Source: Acidobacteriota bacterium
GTDB taxonomy: Bacteria > Acidobacteriota > UBA6911
Assembly: GCA_003225335.1 (NCBI GenBank)
Contig: QHZE01000458.1
Coordinates: 4,754-68,753 of the forward strand
Length of the DNA stretch: 64,000 nucleotides
Reading direction: 5' to 3'
Shown here: in pieces, positions 10,517-19,632 of the stretch
Numbering within the stretch: the stretch's first letter is position 1
How the letters are laid out: every line of letters starts with the position of its first letter
The notes under the pieces: generated by a model
Told to the model about the DNA's origin: nothing
The model's input: only the letters and a program-made list of their open reading frames with translations
The model's database searches: none
Program-made: the position numbers and the translations under genes

Positions 10517-10752
10517 CGTTCCTTTCTCTGGATCCCTTGATCTACGGGGAAAGGCGATCAATCGGGCCGAGTGGTCGTAAACGTCGCCTGTGAATGATTC
10601 GACTAGCTACTGGACGAGAGAGACAGATTGTTCACACTCGGCTCTGGATTCCCTCATGTCGCCGGCATCGCCCAGACTATCAGCGTGGGGATTGCTTTCG
10701 ACGCAAACGGTCCATGCTACGTGTCGGTGAGCCGGAGACATGGCATCGTGGC

Positions 10753-11919
10753 TCAAGGCAGAGACCTGGCGACATCGCCGCGATAGATGTCGATAATCTC
10801 ACGATTATAGGCTAACCCGAAACCGGGTTTCTCGGAAGCCTCCATGTAACCGTCCCTTATCGGTGGCCTATTCTCTGGGAGCTCGTGCCACATGGGATCC
10901 CGCTCCGGATCGGGAAACACCTCGACATAAGTCGAGTTGGGAACTGACGCTAAGAGGTGAAGAGCTACCTGAGGCTCCTCATGATGCCCCATCTTGACGT
11001 TCATCATCTGCGCAAAGGTGGCGGCTCTCCTCCATTCCGTGACCCCTCCGGCTATGGTTGCATCTACATTGAGGATGTCGACACATCTGTTGAGAATCAA
11101 ATCGCGGCATCCCAGGCTGGAGATTTCTCCTTGCCCGGCCACGATCGGAATGTCCGTTTCTTCCCGCAAGCGCCTCAGCCCGACCAGCTGATCGTTCCAC
11201 CGGATCGGCTCTTCCAGCCATTCCAGCTCGTAATCCTTGGCGCCACGCGCAAACTGGAGCGCCTCATCGAACGTCCAGGCCTGGTTGGCGTCGCAGCACA
11301 GCAGGAGACGCTTGCCGAAGTGTTTCCGCAGCGTCTCGACTCGCTTCAGATCCTGGGTGATTTGCAGGCTTCCGACCTTAAGCTTGATGCCGGACAGCCC
11401 GAAGGCCAAGAACGACTCGACTTCGCTCACCAGACCTTCGAGATCCCCGGCGCTCCGGTGGTACCCTCCGATCCCGATCACAGGCACCTTGTTTCGAAAG
11501 CCCCCGAGCAGACGCCACACAGGCTTGTTAAGAGCCTTTCCCAGGGTGTCCCAGAGTCCCAGGTCGATGATCGCTATTGCTTGCATGAGAACGGCGTGAT
11601 TGATCAGGTCAAGGGTATGAATGCCCCGGTTGTGAAAGGGGAGCGGAGCAGTACTGATCATCGCCTGCCACAGCTCTTCGATGGGCAGAAGCTCCATTCC
11701 AATGATCCGAGGCGCTAGAAACTCGTTGGCGACCGCCACGACCTTCGCTTGGTAGATATCTTCGTCTCCCCCGAAAGCCTCCCCGAGGATCCCCTCCTCA
11801 GTTTCCACCCTGACGAAAAGGGTATTGCGGGAGACAATTTGGTAGGTGCTTCCTTGAAACGCCCTGTTGAGCCTGCGAACCAATGGAATGACCTGTATGT
11901 TCTTGATCTTTTGAGTCAT
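10753..11919 (-). CDS. Enolase-superfamily sugar-acid dehydratase (mandelate racemase subgroup; L-rhamnonate/L-fuconate/galactonate dehydratase-like)
   Basis: A KxK motif is present (GIKLKVG). The metal-ligand region is present (CCDANQAWT ... LEWLEEP). The fold is a typical MR/MLE N-capping domain plus barrel. The gene is adjacent to the GntR regulator and shares an intergenic region with the divergent operon. Confidence 0.7.
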   Translation of the reverse strand: MTQKIKNIQVIPLVRRLNRAFQGSTYQIVSRNTLFVRVETEEGILGEAFGGDEDIYQAKVVAVANEFLAPRIIGMELLPIEELWQAMISTAPLPFHNRGIHTLDLINHAVLMQAIAIIDLGLWDTLGKALNKPVWRLLGGFRNKVPVIGIGGYHRSAGDLEGLVSEVESFLAFGLSGIKLKVGSLQITQDLKRVETLRKHFGKRLLLCCDANQAWTFDEALQFARGAKDYELEWLEEPIRWNDQLVGLRRLREETDIPIVAGQGEISSLGCRDLILNRCVDILNVDATIAGGVTEWRRAATFAQMMNVKMGHHEEPQVALHLLASVPNSTYVEVFPDPERDPMWHELPENRPPIRDGYMEASEKPGFGLAYNREIIDIYRGDVARSLP

Positions 11920-11960
11920 TGGCTGGAAGTGAGCTAAAATATCTCCGAGATACATTTATA

Positions 11961-11970
11961 TTGTATACAA
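11961..11970. promoter_or_regulatory. Perfect 10-bp palindrome TTGTATACAA, a candidate GntR-type operator in a divergent promoter region
   Basis: The sequence fits the GntR/FadR consensus core (T.GT...AC.A). It lies within about 45 bp upstream of the dehydratase start and about 300 bp upstream of the CoA-ligase operon. Related TGTATACA motifs occur at 41855-41862, 42126-42133 and 26867-26881. Confidence 0.35.
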
Positions 11971-12269
11971 GATCCGCTGAAAGAACATAGTGGAAATTGG
12001 AAATTGATTCGCTTGGCCAACCGGGGTTTCCCGGCCCCCTGATTGTGTCCCGGCAGTACGGCGGCAACCCTCCGGCTCCGGGAGACGGGGAGTCAGGGAG
12101 TTTTGGAGCCGCCCTCTCCATGCCACGAGCCTCGGGAGGTCTGAAGGCCTCCACAAGATTCCGCAGTTTCTACAAGTTGCCAGAGAAACTTTGTAGACAT
12201 TCGGATGGCAATTTCCTATACTATGCGGTTGTATGCAATATACATTATTTGGGCTGGGCGGAAGGACGA

Positions 12270-13499
12270 GTGCGACTCTACGAGTATGAGGCCAAAGAGA
12301 TCTTGAAGGCTCGCGGCATCAATGTTCCGATTGGCCTGTTGATTCCCGGTCACGAGCAGTCGACGCCCATTGATTCCTTGGTTCCGGCGGTTGCCAAGGT
12401 TCAGACCCAACGGGGAAGGCGTCAGAAGCTGGGAGGTGTCGTCGCCGTTGATTCCGTGACATCGGCGCTGGAAATCGTCCAAAAGATGCTGGGACGCGAG
12501 ATTGGTGGCGAGCAGGTGCATCACGTATTGCTGGAGCAGCGCATTCCCTTTGAGGAGGAGTACTTCTTGGGGGTCACCTACGATAGCCTCGCCCGTCGTC
12601 CTGTCGCGGTTTTCAGTGACCGCGGGGGAGTCGACATCGAAGAGGCCGCCGCGTTTCAGCCTGACCGGGTCCACCGTTTGGTCATTAATCCCTGTAAGAA
12701 ATTCCGGAACTATCATGCGTGCGACTGGCTCTGCGGGCTAGGGTTTTCAGGGAAGCGTCTACGCTCATTGACCGATATCGTCAACAGAGTAGTTTCGATG
12801 TTCTTCGAGTACGATGCGTTTCTCCTCGAGATTAATCCGCTGGCGAGAATGGCGGACGACAATTTCGTAGCGCTCGATTGTCATATCGATATTGACGGAG
12901 ACGCCCTGTCACGCGTGCCGCTGAAGCACGTTGAGAACTTGTCCAACCGAGCGGAGGGCACCCGGCGCCTAACTGAGTTCGAGCGGAGGGCACGCGAGAT
13001 CGATGAACTCGATTATCGGGGCGTTGCCGGCCGCGTGGTGGAATGTCCAGGGAACCTGGGGCTCCTGATCGGTGGAGGTGGTGCCAGTTTGACCATCTTC
13101 GATGCCGTGCGAGACTGCGGGGGACGACCGGCCAACTATTGTGAGATTGGAGGAAACCCAACGGTAAGGAAAGTCAAAGAGCTGACGAAGCTCTTGGTCA
13201 GCCAGCCCAACGTGGAAAAACTGGCCGTGATCATGAACGTCGTAAGCAACACGCGGGCAGATCTGGTGGCACGAGGAGTCATCATGGGGATCCGAGAAGC
13301 GGGGAAAGACCCGTGCGAGACGATCGTCGTATTCCGCCTTCCCGGTTCGGGTGAGGATGAGTGTCGGAAGCTGCTGAACTACTATGGCATTCCCTTCAGT
13401 GGGCGAGAACTCCCGATCGACGATGCGGCGGCCCTTGCGGTTGCAAGATGCAACAAGCCGGTGGGGAACGCGGAGGTGTCTCATGGGCATTTTGACTGA
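12270..13499 (+). CDS. ADP-forming acyl-CoA synthetase beta subunit (succinyl-CoA-synthetase SucC-like, ATP-grasp)
   Basis: The N-terminus LYEYEAKEILKARGINVP is typical of SucC. A GTG at 12270 follows GGAAGGA. The C-terminal region has the ligase-CoA domain. The ORF track's start at 11997 runs through the intergenic region. Confidence 0.65.
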   Translation: MRLYEYEAKEILKARGINVPIGLLIPGHEQSTPIDSLVPAVAKVQTQRGRRQKLGGVVAVDSVTSALEIVQKMLGREIGGEQVHHVLLEQRIPFEEEYFLGVTYDSLARRPVAVFSDRGGVDIEEAAAFQPDRVHRLVINPCKKFRNYHACDWLCGLGFSGKRLRSLTDIVNRVVSMFFEYDAFLLEINPLARMADDNFVALDCHIDIDGDALSRVPLKHVENLSNRAEGTRRLTEFERRAREIDELDYRGVAGRVVECPGNLGLLIGGGGASLTIFDAVRDCGGRPANYCEIGGNPTVRKVKELTKLLVSQPNVEKLAVIMNVVSNTRADLVARGVIMGIREAGKDPCETIVVFRLPGSGEDECRKLLNYYGIPFSGRELPIDDAAALAVARCNKPVGNAEVSHGHFD

Positions 13500-14394
13500 C
13501 CAAAATACAACCATAGTCGTCCAAGGCATAACTGGTCGGGAAGCCAGCATCCTGGTCAAAGATTCTCTCGACTACGGCGCCCGGATCCTCGCGGGGGTGA
13601 CGCCCGGCAAAGGCGGGCAGCACGTGTCCGGAGTTATGGTCTACGACTCCGTCAGGAGGGCCGTCCAGGAGCACGGGGTCAATGCGAGTGTCATTTCGGT
13701 GCCGCCCCTGGCGGTAAGAGACGCTGCCTTCGAGGCGCTGGAAAGCGGCATCAAACTTATCGTTATCCTCACAGAGCGCGTTCCAAGACAGGATATCGTG
13801 CAGATTCTCACTTCTGCGGAGGAGGAGGGAGCCAGGGTCATAGGACCCAACAGTCTTGGACTTCTCACCCCGGGCGTTACCAAGGTTGGCGGGCTTGGCG
13901 GGAGCGTGAACAATACGCGTAGGAGTTTCACGAGTGGGACAGTCGGGGTGATTTCCCGAAGCGGCGGCATGACCTGCGAAGTCGCGAATTTGCTCACCCA
14001 AAACGGGATTGGCCAATCGACGTGTGTTAGCATTGGCGGTGACCCGATCGTCGGGTTGAACTTCACGGAGCTTTTCCGCTTCTTTCAAGATGATCCTGAG
14101 ACTGAAGCGGTGACCATTTTCTGCGAGCCCGGGGGGAGCATGGAAGAGCATTTCGCTGCGTACTATGCCACCCAGGAGCATCCGAAACCGGTCGTCGCGT
14201 TCGTGGCAGGCAAGTTCGTCGATCAAATGCCGGGGACTCGATTCGGCCATGCAGCCGTCATCGTCGAGGGTGTGCGGGGAAGCGCTCAACGGAAAGTCGA
14301 AGTCATGCGGAAGGCGGGAATCCACGTGGCGGACAAACTTTCGGAGATTCCACGCCTTGTGAAAACGGTCCTGAATCATGGGAATGTTCATTGA
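13483..14394 (+). CDS. ADP-forming acyl-CoA synthetase alpha subunit (SucD-like CoA-binding/ligase-CoA)
   Basis: MGILTDQNTTIVVQGITGREASI... is a canonical SucD N-terminus. GGAGGTG lies upstream of the ATG at 13483. The gene overlaps the beta-subunit gene by 17 nt. Confidence 0.7.
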   Translation: MGILTDQNTTIVVQGITGREASILVKDSLDYGARILAGVTPGKGGQHVSGVMVYDSVRRAVQEHGVNASVISVPPLAVRDAAFEALESGIKLIVILTERVPRQDIVQILTSAEEEGARVIGPNSLGLLTPGVTKVGGLGGSVNNTRRSFTSGTVGVISRSGGMTCEVANLLTQNGIGQSTCVSIGGDPIVGLNFTELFRFFQDDPETEAVTIFCEPGGSMEEHFAAYYATQEHPKPVVAFVAGKFVDQMPGTRFGHAAVIVEGVRGSAQRKVEVMRKAGIHVADKLSEIPRLVKTVLNHGNVH

Positions 14395-14590
14395 GATTTC
14401 GGTCCGGGATAAAGAGTTCCTCCGGACTGCGGCAGCACGCGCACTCGTGGATGCATGCCCGGTGGAGATCTTTGAGCCGGTCGATCGTCGTGTCCGTGTA
14501 AACAAAGACCAGGAGGATGAGTGCACCTTGTGCGGTCGGTGCCTGGAGATCGCCGGTGACCGGATAGAAATCATCAAGCACTACGATTGA
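14378..14590 (+). CDS. Small Cys-rich ferredoxin-like protein (70 aa)
   Basis: CPVEIFEP...CTLCGRC (CxxCxxC) motifs are present. The gene overlaps the sucD-like stop and directly precedes the E1 beta gene. Confidence 0.4.
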   Translation: MGMFIEISVRDKEFLRTAAARALVDACPVEIFEPVDRRVRVNKDQEDECTLCGRCLEIAGDRIEIIKHYD

Positions 14591-14650
14591 GGGGCAGGGA
14601 GATGCTGGGAAGTTTCGCTTCCGAGCGAGTCCAGAACCACCGGAGCGACG

Positions 14651-15625
14651 ATGAGACAGATCACATACTCGCAGGCCATTAACGAGGCCATCCGCGAAGA
14701 AATGCGGCGCGATCCGAACATTGTCCTCCTGGGTCAGGACATCGGCTCCTACGGCGGGACGTTCGGGGTTTATCGTGATCTATTCGAGGAGTTTGGGGAA
14801 GAACGCGTCCGAGATGGGCCCCTTTCGGAGGCGGCAACGGCTGGTTTTGGCATCGGCTTGGCGATCGCTGGAATGCGCGCCATCGTCGAGATCGAATTCA
14901 TGGATTTCTCGACGCTGGTTCTCGACGCCATCGTCAACCAGGCTGCCAAGATGCGATACTTCTACGGGGGCAAGTTGAAAGTGCCCGTGGTGATTCGAAC
15001 GCCCGCCGCCACCAAGCTTGGGCTGGGCGCACAACATTCACAAAGCCTCGAAGCATGGTTCATGCACAGCCCGGGCTTGAGGATTGCCATGCCGTCGACA
15101 CCCCGCGACGCAAAGGGCCTACTGAAGACGGCCATACGGCAGGATGATCCGGTCGTTTTCATTGAGCATGTTCGCCTGTACGCCAGCAAGGGCGAAGTGC
15201 CCGAAGACGAATACCTCGAGCCGTTCGGGAAGGCCCGAATCGTACGCGAAGGGTCGGATGTGACCGTCGTCGCGGTTGCGATGATGGTGCAGGAGGCGAT
15301 GCAGGCAGCAGAGGAACTGCAAAAGGAGGGGATCAGCGCGGAGCTTATCGATCCTCGGACACTGGCACCTCTGGACCGGGAGACGATCGTGAGGTCGGTG
15401 GAAAAGACTGGCAGGCTGATTGTCACGCACGAGGCCTATCAGACCGCGGGGATCGGTGCCGAGATCGGCCAGATCGCCCAGGAGGGGGCTTTCGACTACC
15501 TCGTCGCTCCGGTAAAGCGTGTGGCGGGTAAGGACCAACCGATACCTTGTGGTACCCTCCAGGAAAAGGTCTTTCCCAACCGCGACCGGATCATCGAGGC
15601 CGTTCGCGATCTCATGGCAAGTTAG
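14651..15625 (+). CDS. TPP-dependent 2-oxoacid dehydrogenase E1 component, beta subunit (transketolase-like C-domain)
   Basis: ...LLGQDIGSYGGTFGVYRDL...MDFSTLVLDAIVNQAAKMRY... matches the E1-beta / acetoin dehydrogenase beta family. Confidence 0.8.
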   Translation: MRQITYSQAINEAIREEMRRDPNIVLLGQDIGSYGGTFGVYRDLFEEFGEERVRDGPLSEAATAGFGIGLAIAGMRAIVEIEFMDFSTLVLDAIVNQAAKMRYFYGGKLKVPVVIRTPAATKLGLGAQHSQSLEAWFMHSPGLRIAMPSTPRDAKGLLKTAIRQDDPVVFIEHVRLYASKGEVPEDEYLEPFGKARIVREGSDVTVVAVAMMVQEAMQAAEELQKEGISAELIDPRTLAPLDRETIVRSVEKTGRLIVTHEAYQTAGIGAEIGQIAQEGAFDYLVAPVKRVAGKDQPIPCGTLQEKVFPNRDRIIEAVRDLMAS

Positions 15626-15629
15626 GACT

Positions 15630-16610
15630 ATGACGCAGTCTTTGAAGACCACGGTACTGGCCCAGGCACAGATGCTCGACTTTTACCGCCAGATGACGCT
15701 CATCCGTCACTTTGAGGAGAGGGTCGTTGAGCTGTTCGGCAAGGGCCTCATCAGCGGGTCGACCCACCCCTGCATTGCCCAGGAGGCCATCGCAGTTGGC
15801 GCTATCGCGGCGGTGAGCCGGGAGGATCAGGTCTTGGCCACCTACCGTGGGCATGGGCAGATGCTGGCAAAGGGAGGGGACCCGAAGAAGATCATGGCTG
15901 AGATCCTTTGCCGGGGGACCGGGTACTGCAAGGGGAAAGGGGGTTCCATGCATCTGTGCGATCCAGAGATAGGGTTTCTGGGAACGAATGCCATCGTCGC
16001 GGCCCACATTCCCATTGCAGCAGGTGTGGCTCTGGCCAACAAGATCCGGGGCAACGGCCTGGTTACTCTCTGCTTTTTTGGCGATGGGGCTTCGAATGAA
16101 GGCGTGTTCTACGAAACGGCCAATATGGCCGCCCTGTGGCGAGTGCCACTCGTGATGATCTGTGAGAATAACGGCTTCGCCATTTCGGTTCCGGTTGAAA
16201 AAGCGGTAAGTGTCAAGGATATCGCCGTGAGAGCGCAGGCGTTCGGGTTTCCGGGCGAGGCGGTGGATGGTAATGACGTGCTCCAGGTTTACGAGATCAC
16301 GCGAAAGGCGGTCGAACGCGCCCGCCGTGGGGACGGGCCTACGTTGATCGAGTGCAAGACCGTGCGCTGGGAGCGTCACAGCGCCATTTCCGCGGGAAAG
16401 TACGCATCCCGGGAAGAAATGAAGCGCTGGCAAAAGACGGACCCCATCCCACGCTTCCGCGCTCACCTGGCCGACACAGTCCGAGTCTCAGGCGCGCAGT
16501 TGGAGTCGATCGAGAGGGAGGCCAGGGAAGTGGGCGACCAGGCGGTAGAGTTTGCCCTTCAAAGCCCTCCGGCTGCAGAGTCGGAGCTGGCGGAAGATAT
16601 CTTTGCCTGA
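15630..16610 (+). CDS. TPP-dependent 2-oxoacid dehydrogenase E1 component, alpha subunit
   Basis: A TPP-binding motif is present (GDGASNEGVFYETANMAALW). YRGHG and GKGGSMH motifs are present. The ATG lies 4 nt after the beta stop. The order is beta then alpha, and no E2/E3 genes are nearby. Confidence 0.8.
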   Translation: MTQSLKTTVLAQAQMLDFYRQMTLIRHFEERVVELFGKGLISGSTHPCIAQEAIAVGAIAAVSREDQVLATYRGHGQMLAKGGDPKKIMAEILCRGTGYCKGKGGSMHLCDPEIGFLGTNAIVAAHIPIAAGVALANKIRGNGLVTLCFFGDGASNEGVFYETANMAALWRVPLVMICENNGFAISVPVEKAVSVKDIAVRAQAFGFPGEAVDGNDVLQVYEITRKAVERARRGDGPTLIECKTVRWERHSAISAGKYASREEMKRWQKTDPIPRFRAHLADTVRVSGAQLESIEREAREVGDQAVEFALQSPPAAESELAEDIFA

Positions 16611-16631
16611 AGCTTCCGAGAGCGCCATCCA

Positions 16632-18035
16632 GTGAAAAGCAGAGCCAGGATCGGGCTCGTAGCCCTCTACTTCGATATGTTCGACGATATCATGCCCCCC
16701 TCCTTTCGGCAGGAAAAGGAAGCCGTCGGCAGAGAAATCGCCACGATGCTGGGTCAGCTCTGCGAAGTCGATTACCCCGGCATTATTGCGAACGAGGCAA
16801 AGGCGGTTGAGGCGGCGGACCGGTGGGGCCAGGCGGGCCTGGACGCCATCATCTTTTTTCCCACGATGGCATCACCTCCTTCGTTCAGCTGGGCAGTGGC
16901 TCGCGCCTCTAAGCTCCCTTTGCTGATTTGGAACGGCCACTTGATCCAAGAGATTCACGACTCATTCACGTATCACGACGCCAATCGATACAGCAGCAAC
17001 GTTGGTACCATCATGGTCACCAACGTCTTTCTGCGGGAGGGCCGTACTTTTCACCTCATCAGCGGCTACTACCGCGATCGGAATGTCCTCGAACAGATAC
17101 GACGATACCTCGATGCGGTGGTTGCGGCGAATCGGCTGCGTAATGCGCGGGTCGGCCGCATCGGTCGCGAGATCCAGGGGTATGCCGACGTGAGTATCGA
17201 GGAAGAACCGCTCCGGTCCAATCTGGGAACTCAGATTGTTCCAATCGAGAAGGAGGAATTGGAGCGCGCTTACCGTGACGTCAATCCTTCCCGGATTCGC
17301 GATCATCGGAATCAACTGGGGGAAGAGTATCAGTTGGAAGTGCCTGAGGAGATCCTGGAGAGTTCCATCCGGATCGCGCTTGCGCTCGAAGACTTGTTCG
17401 TCAAGCATCAGCTGGACGCGGCCGCGATCAATTGCCACTCCGATCTCTTTCGCCGAAACCCTGAAATCGGGCTGGTTGCATGCTATGGGGCCTCCCGGCT
17501 AACGGGAATGGGGTTTCCCGTCTCATGCACGGGAGATATACCGACCTCGATCGCCATGCTGGTCCTGAAGGCTCTTGGCGGGCAAGCGCACTACTGCGAG
17601 TGCGTCATGACGGACCATGTGCAGAACTACATCCTCTTCACCAACACCGGAGAGGGAGACCCCACTCTGGCGCGCACCAATCGTAAGAAATGCCTGATCT
17701 GCAATGAGCACTATCCCGGTCTCCGCGGTGGAGGTGCGAGCCCGGTCTTTTCGTGCCGAGGCGGCGCCGCAACCATGGTTGGATTTTCGCCCAAGATGGG
17801 GGCTGCGAAGGGGCATGTCCTCGTTGCCGCTCAAGGAGAGGTGCTCGGGACCTTCCATGAGGACACCCGGGTGGCCAATGCGGCCTTCCGCTTCAAAAAC
17901 CACAGCTGTCTGGAAGGATTCAATCGCTGGTGCATGGCCGGCGCACCCCATCATGGCGCTTTCACTCTGGGAGACTTCTCCCGACAAATGCAATACGTCG
18001 CAGACTTGTGGGGACCGCAGCTGATCCTCATTTGA
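16632..18035 (+). CDS. L-fucose/L-arabinose isomerase family protein (467 aa)
   Basis: GTG start. The N-terminal ...IGLVALYFDMF... and the C-terminal ...HHGAFTLGD resemble the FucI/AraA-like sugar isomerase family. Confidence 0.55.
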   Translation: MKSRARIGLVALYFDMFDDIMPPSFRQEKEAVGREIATMLGQLCEVDYPGIIANEAKAVEAADRWGQAGLDAIIFFPTMASPPSFSWAVARASKLPLLIWNGHLIQEIHDSFTYHDANRYSSNVGTIMVTNVFLREGRTFHLISGYYRDRNVLEQIRRYLDAVVAANRLRNARVGRIGREIQGYADVSIEEEPLRSNLGTQIVPIEKEELERAYRDVNPSRIRDHRNQLGEEYQLEVPEEILESSIRIALALEDLFVKHQLDAAAINCHSDLFRRNPEIGLVACYGASRLTGMGFPVSCTGDIPTSIAMLVLKALGGQAHYCECVMTDHVQNYILFTNTGEGDPTLARTNRKKCLICNEHYPGLRGGGASPVFSCRGGAATMVGFSPKMGAAKGHVLVAAQGEVLGTFHEDTRVANAAFRFKNHSCLEGFNRWCMAGAPHHGAFTLGDFSRQMQYVADLWGPQLILI

Positions 18036-18184
18036 GAGGCGATAGAGTATGGTCGGAGAGACTCCTGAAGCCGCCCGTTCATACAAGCGCATTCGCGACC
18101 AGGCCGATATCCTTGTCCCTCCCTTCGATCCGGAGCTTTTCCAGCGCCATCACGACGGCATCATCGCCTGAGAGACAGTGCGCC

Positions 18185-19225
18185 ATGCCCGCAGAAGCGA
18201 GTTTCGGAACCGGGATCCTGGTGGTGCTGGTCGGCGCCTTCGCCAACGGCTCCTTCGGCCTGATGCTCAAGTACGCCAAGAGCTGGAAGTGGGAGCATCT
18301 TTGGTTGACCTACTCCGTGTTCGCGATGCTCATAATCCCCTGGACCCTGGGATTTGCCACGGTTCCAGAGCTTCTCACCGTCTTGCGCTCGGCCAGTACT
18401 CGAGACCTGAGCGTCGTCTTCGTATTTGGGTTCGGCTGGGGAATCGGTGCGGTGCTCTACGGTTTGGCACTGAAACTGGTTGGGATGGCCCTGAGCTACT
18501 CAATAGTCGTAGGCCTCACAGCCGCTATCGGCTCGTTGGCACCGCTTGTACTTGTACACCCTGAGGAGGTTTTCACCCTGAGGGGCAGGGTGATCATCAG
18601 CGGGGTCCTCATGATCGTTGTCGGAGTTGTGTTTTGTGCCTGGGCCGGCCATCTGAAGGAGAAGGTGCTCGCATCGACTTCGGTGGGAGCGCATCCGAGT
18701 TCAGAGCGGGAGAACTTTCCGCTCGGGCTGGGCGTTGCGGTTCTTTCGGGAATCCTGTCTCCCATGCTGAACCTGAGCTTCGCCTATGGAACCCCCTTGA
18801 CTCGCCTGGCCGTCGGCCATGGGACGGATCCGCTCTTTGCCGCCAACATCATTTGGGTGGTCGCGCTCTTAGGGGGATTCCTGGTGAACACTGGGTATTG
18901 TGCCTACCTGATTTCCAGCAGGGGCAGCTGGGCATTGATGTCGATAGAGCGCTTCCATTACCTTCTGGGACTCATCATGGGCGTGTTGTGGTCGGCCGGC
19001 ATCGTCTTCTATGGGATCGGCGCTTCCAAGCTCGGGGATCTCGCGGCGGTCGTGGGATGGCCCGTGATGTCCTCGATGGCCATCATGAGTGCAAATCTGT
19101 GGGGTGCAATTGCCGGAGAGTGGGCCGACACCGGTAGAAAACCACGCATCGTCATGTGGCTTTCGGTTGTGGTGCTGGGCGCCGCAATGTTCGTCGTCGG
19201 CTGGGGAGATCGGCTCGGGCGATAG
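18185..19225 (+). CDS. rhaT: L-rhamnose/H+ symporter family (RhaT-like, DMT superfamily) sugar transporter
   Basis: The sequence (KSWKWEHLW...FGFGWGIGAVLYGLALKLVGMALSYSIVVG) is similar in pattern to E. coli RhaT (KKWSWETMW...FGAMWGIGNINYGL...). About 10 TM segments. The internal ATG at 18185 was chosen because the frame upstream runs into the previous gene. Confidence 0.7.
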   Translation: MPAEASFGTGILVVLVGAFANGSFGLMLKYAKSWKWEHLWLTYSVFAMLIIPWTLGFATVPELLTVLRSASTRDLSVVFVFGFGWGIGAVLYGLALKLVGMALSYSIVVGLTAAIGSLAPLVLVHPEEVFTLRGRVIISGVLMIVVGVVFCAWAGHLKEKVLASTSVGAHPSSERENFPLGLGVAVLSGILSPMLNLSFAYGTPLTRLAVGHGTDPLFAANIIWVVALLGGFLVNTGYCAYLISSRGSWALMSIERFHYLLGLIMGVLWSAGIVFYGIGASKLGDLAAVVGWPVMSSMAIMSANLWGAIAGEWADTGRKPRIVMWLSVVVLGAAMFVVGWGDRLGR

Positions 19226-19271
19226 AATGGGCTCGCACTCTCCTTCCGATTTTCCGTCATTTTCTGCAATC

Positions 19272-19561
19272 TTAGCTAGTTTCTGGCGCGAAACTAGCCC
19301 CGCAGGGGCGACTCAGGAAAGCCCAGGGCGCAAGCCCTGGGAACAAGCACAGTAACAAGGGAAGCCCCGAAGGGGCGATGCAGTTGGTCCCGGTACCAAA
19401 GAGGCGCCTTATGACGAGCATTTATCTGGAGTTGAGATCGAACTCCCTGCGCCGCCCTTTCAGGGCTTTCCGCAATTTGGCCCTTGAACCCAGGGCTTGC
19501 GCCCTGGGCTGTCCTGCTGGACCCCTTCGGGGTCCTTGGTTTCGCGCCAGAAAGTAGCTAG
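19272..19561. mobile_element. MITE family A, full copy (about 290 bp) with roughly 22-bp TIRs
   Basis: The TIRs are ttagctagtttctggcgcgaaac ... gtttcgcgccagaaagtagctag. It is the reverse complement of the copy at 3710-3969, with internal sub-palindromes. Confidence 0.7.
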
Positions 19562-19632
19562 AAATGTCCTGTCCGCATCCGTGCAAGCACCTTGCGGTCC
19601 GATCCATGCGTCGATCGGCGCTTGACCCCGTT

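Noticed and set aside
11997-12269. The ORF track's long N-terminal extension of the SucC-like gene (from 11997).
   Set aside because: It runs through the divergent promoter region and the TTGTATACAA palindrome. The SucC-type N-terminus (LYEYEAKEIL) begins at the GTG at 12270.
19089-19355. ORFs lying inside MITEs (19089-19355, 3479-3811, 3714-4016, 19422-19860, 59222-59857, 56196-56750).
   Set aside because: They are encoded by palindromic repeat DNA and appear in both orientations of the repeat. The shared peptide tails simply reflect the repeat sequence.
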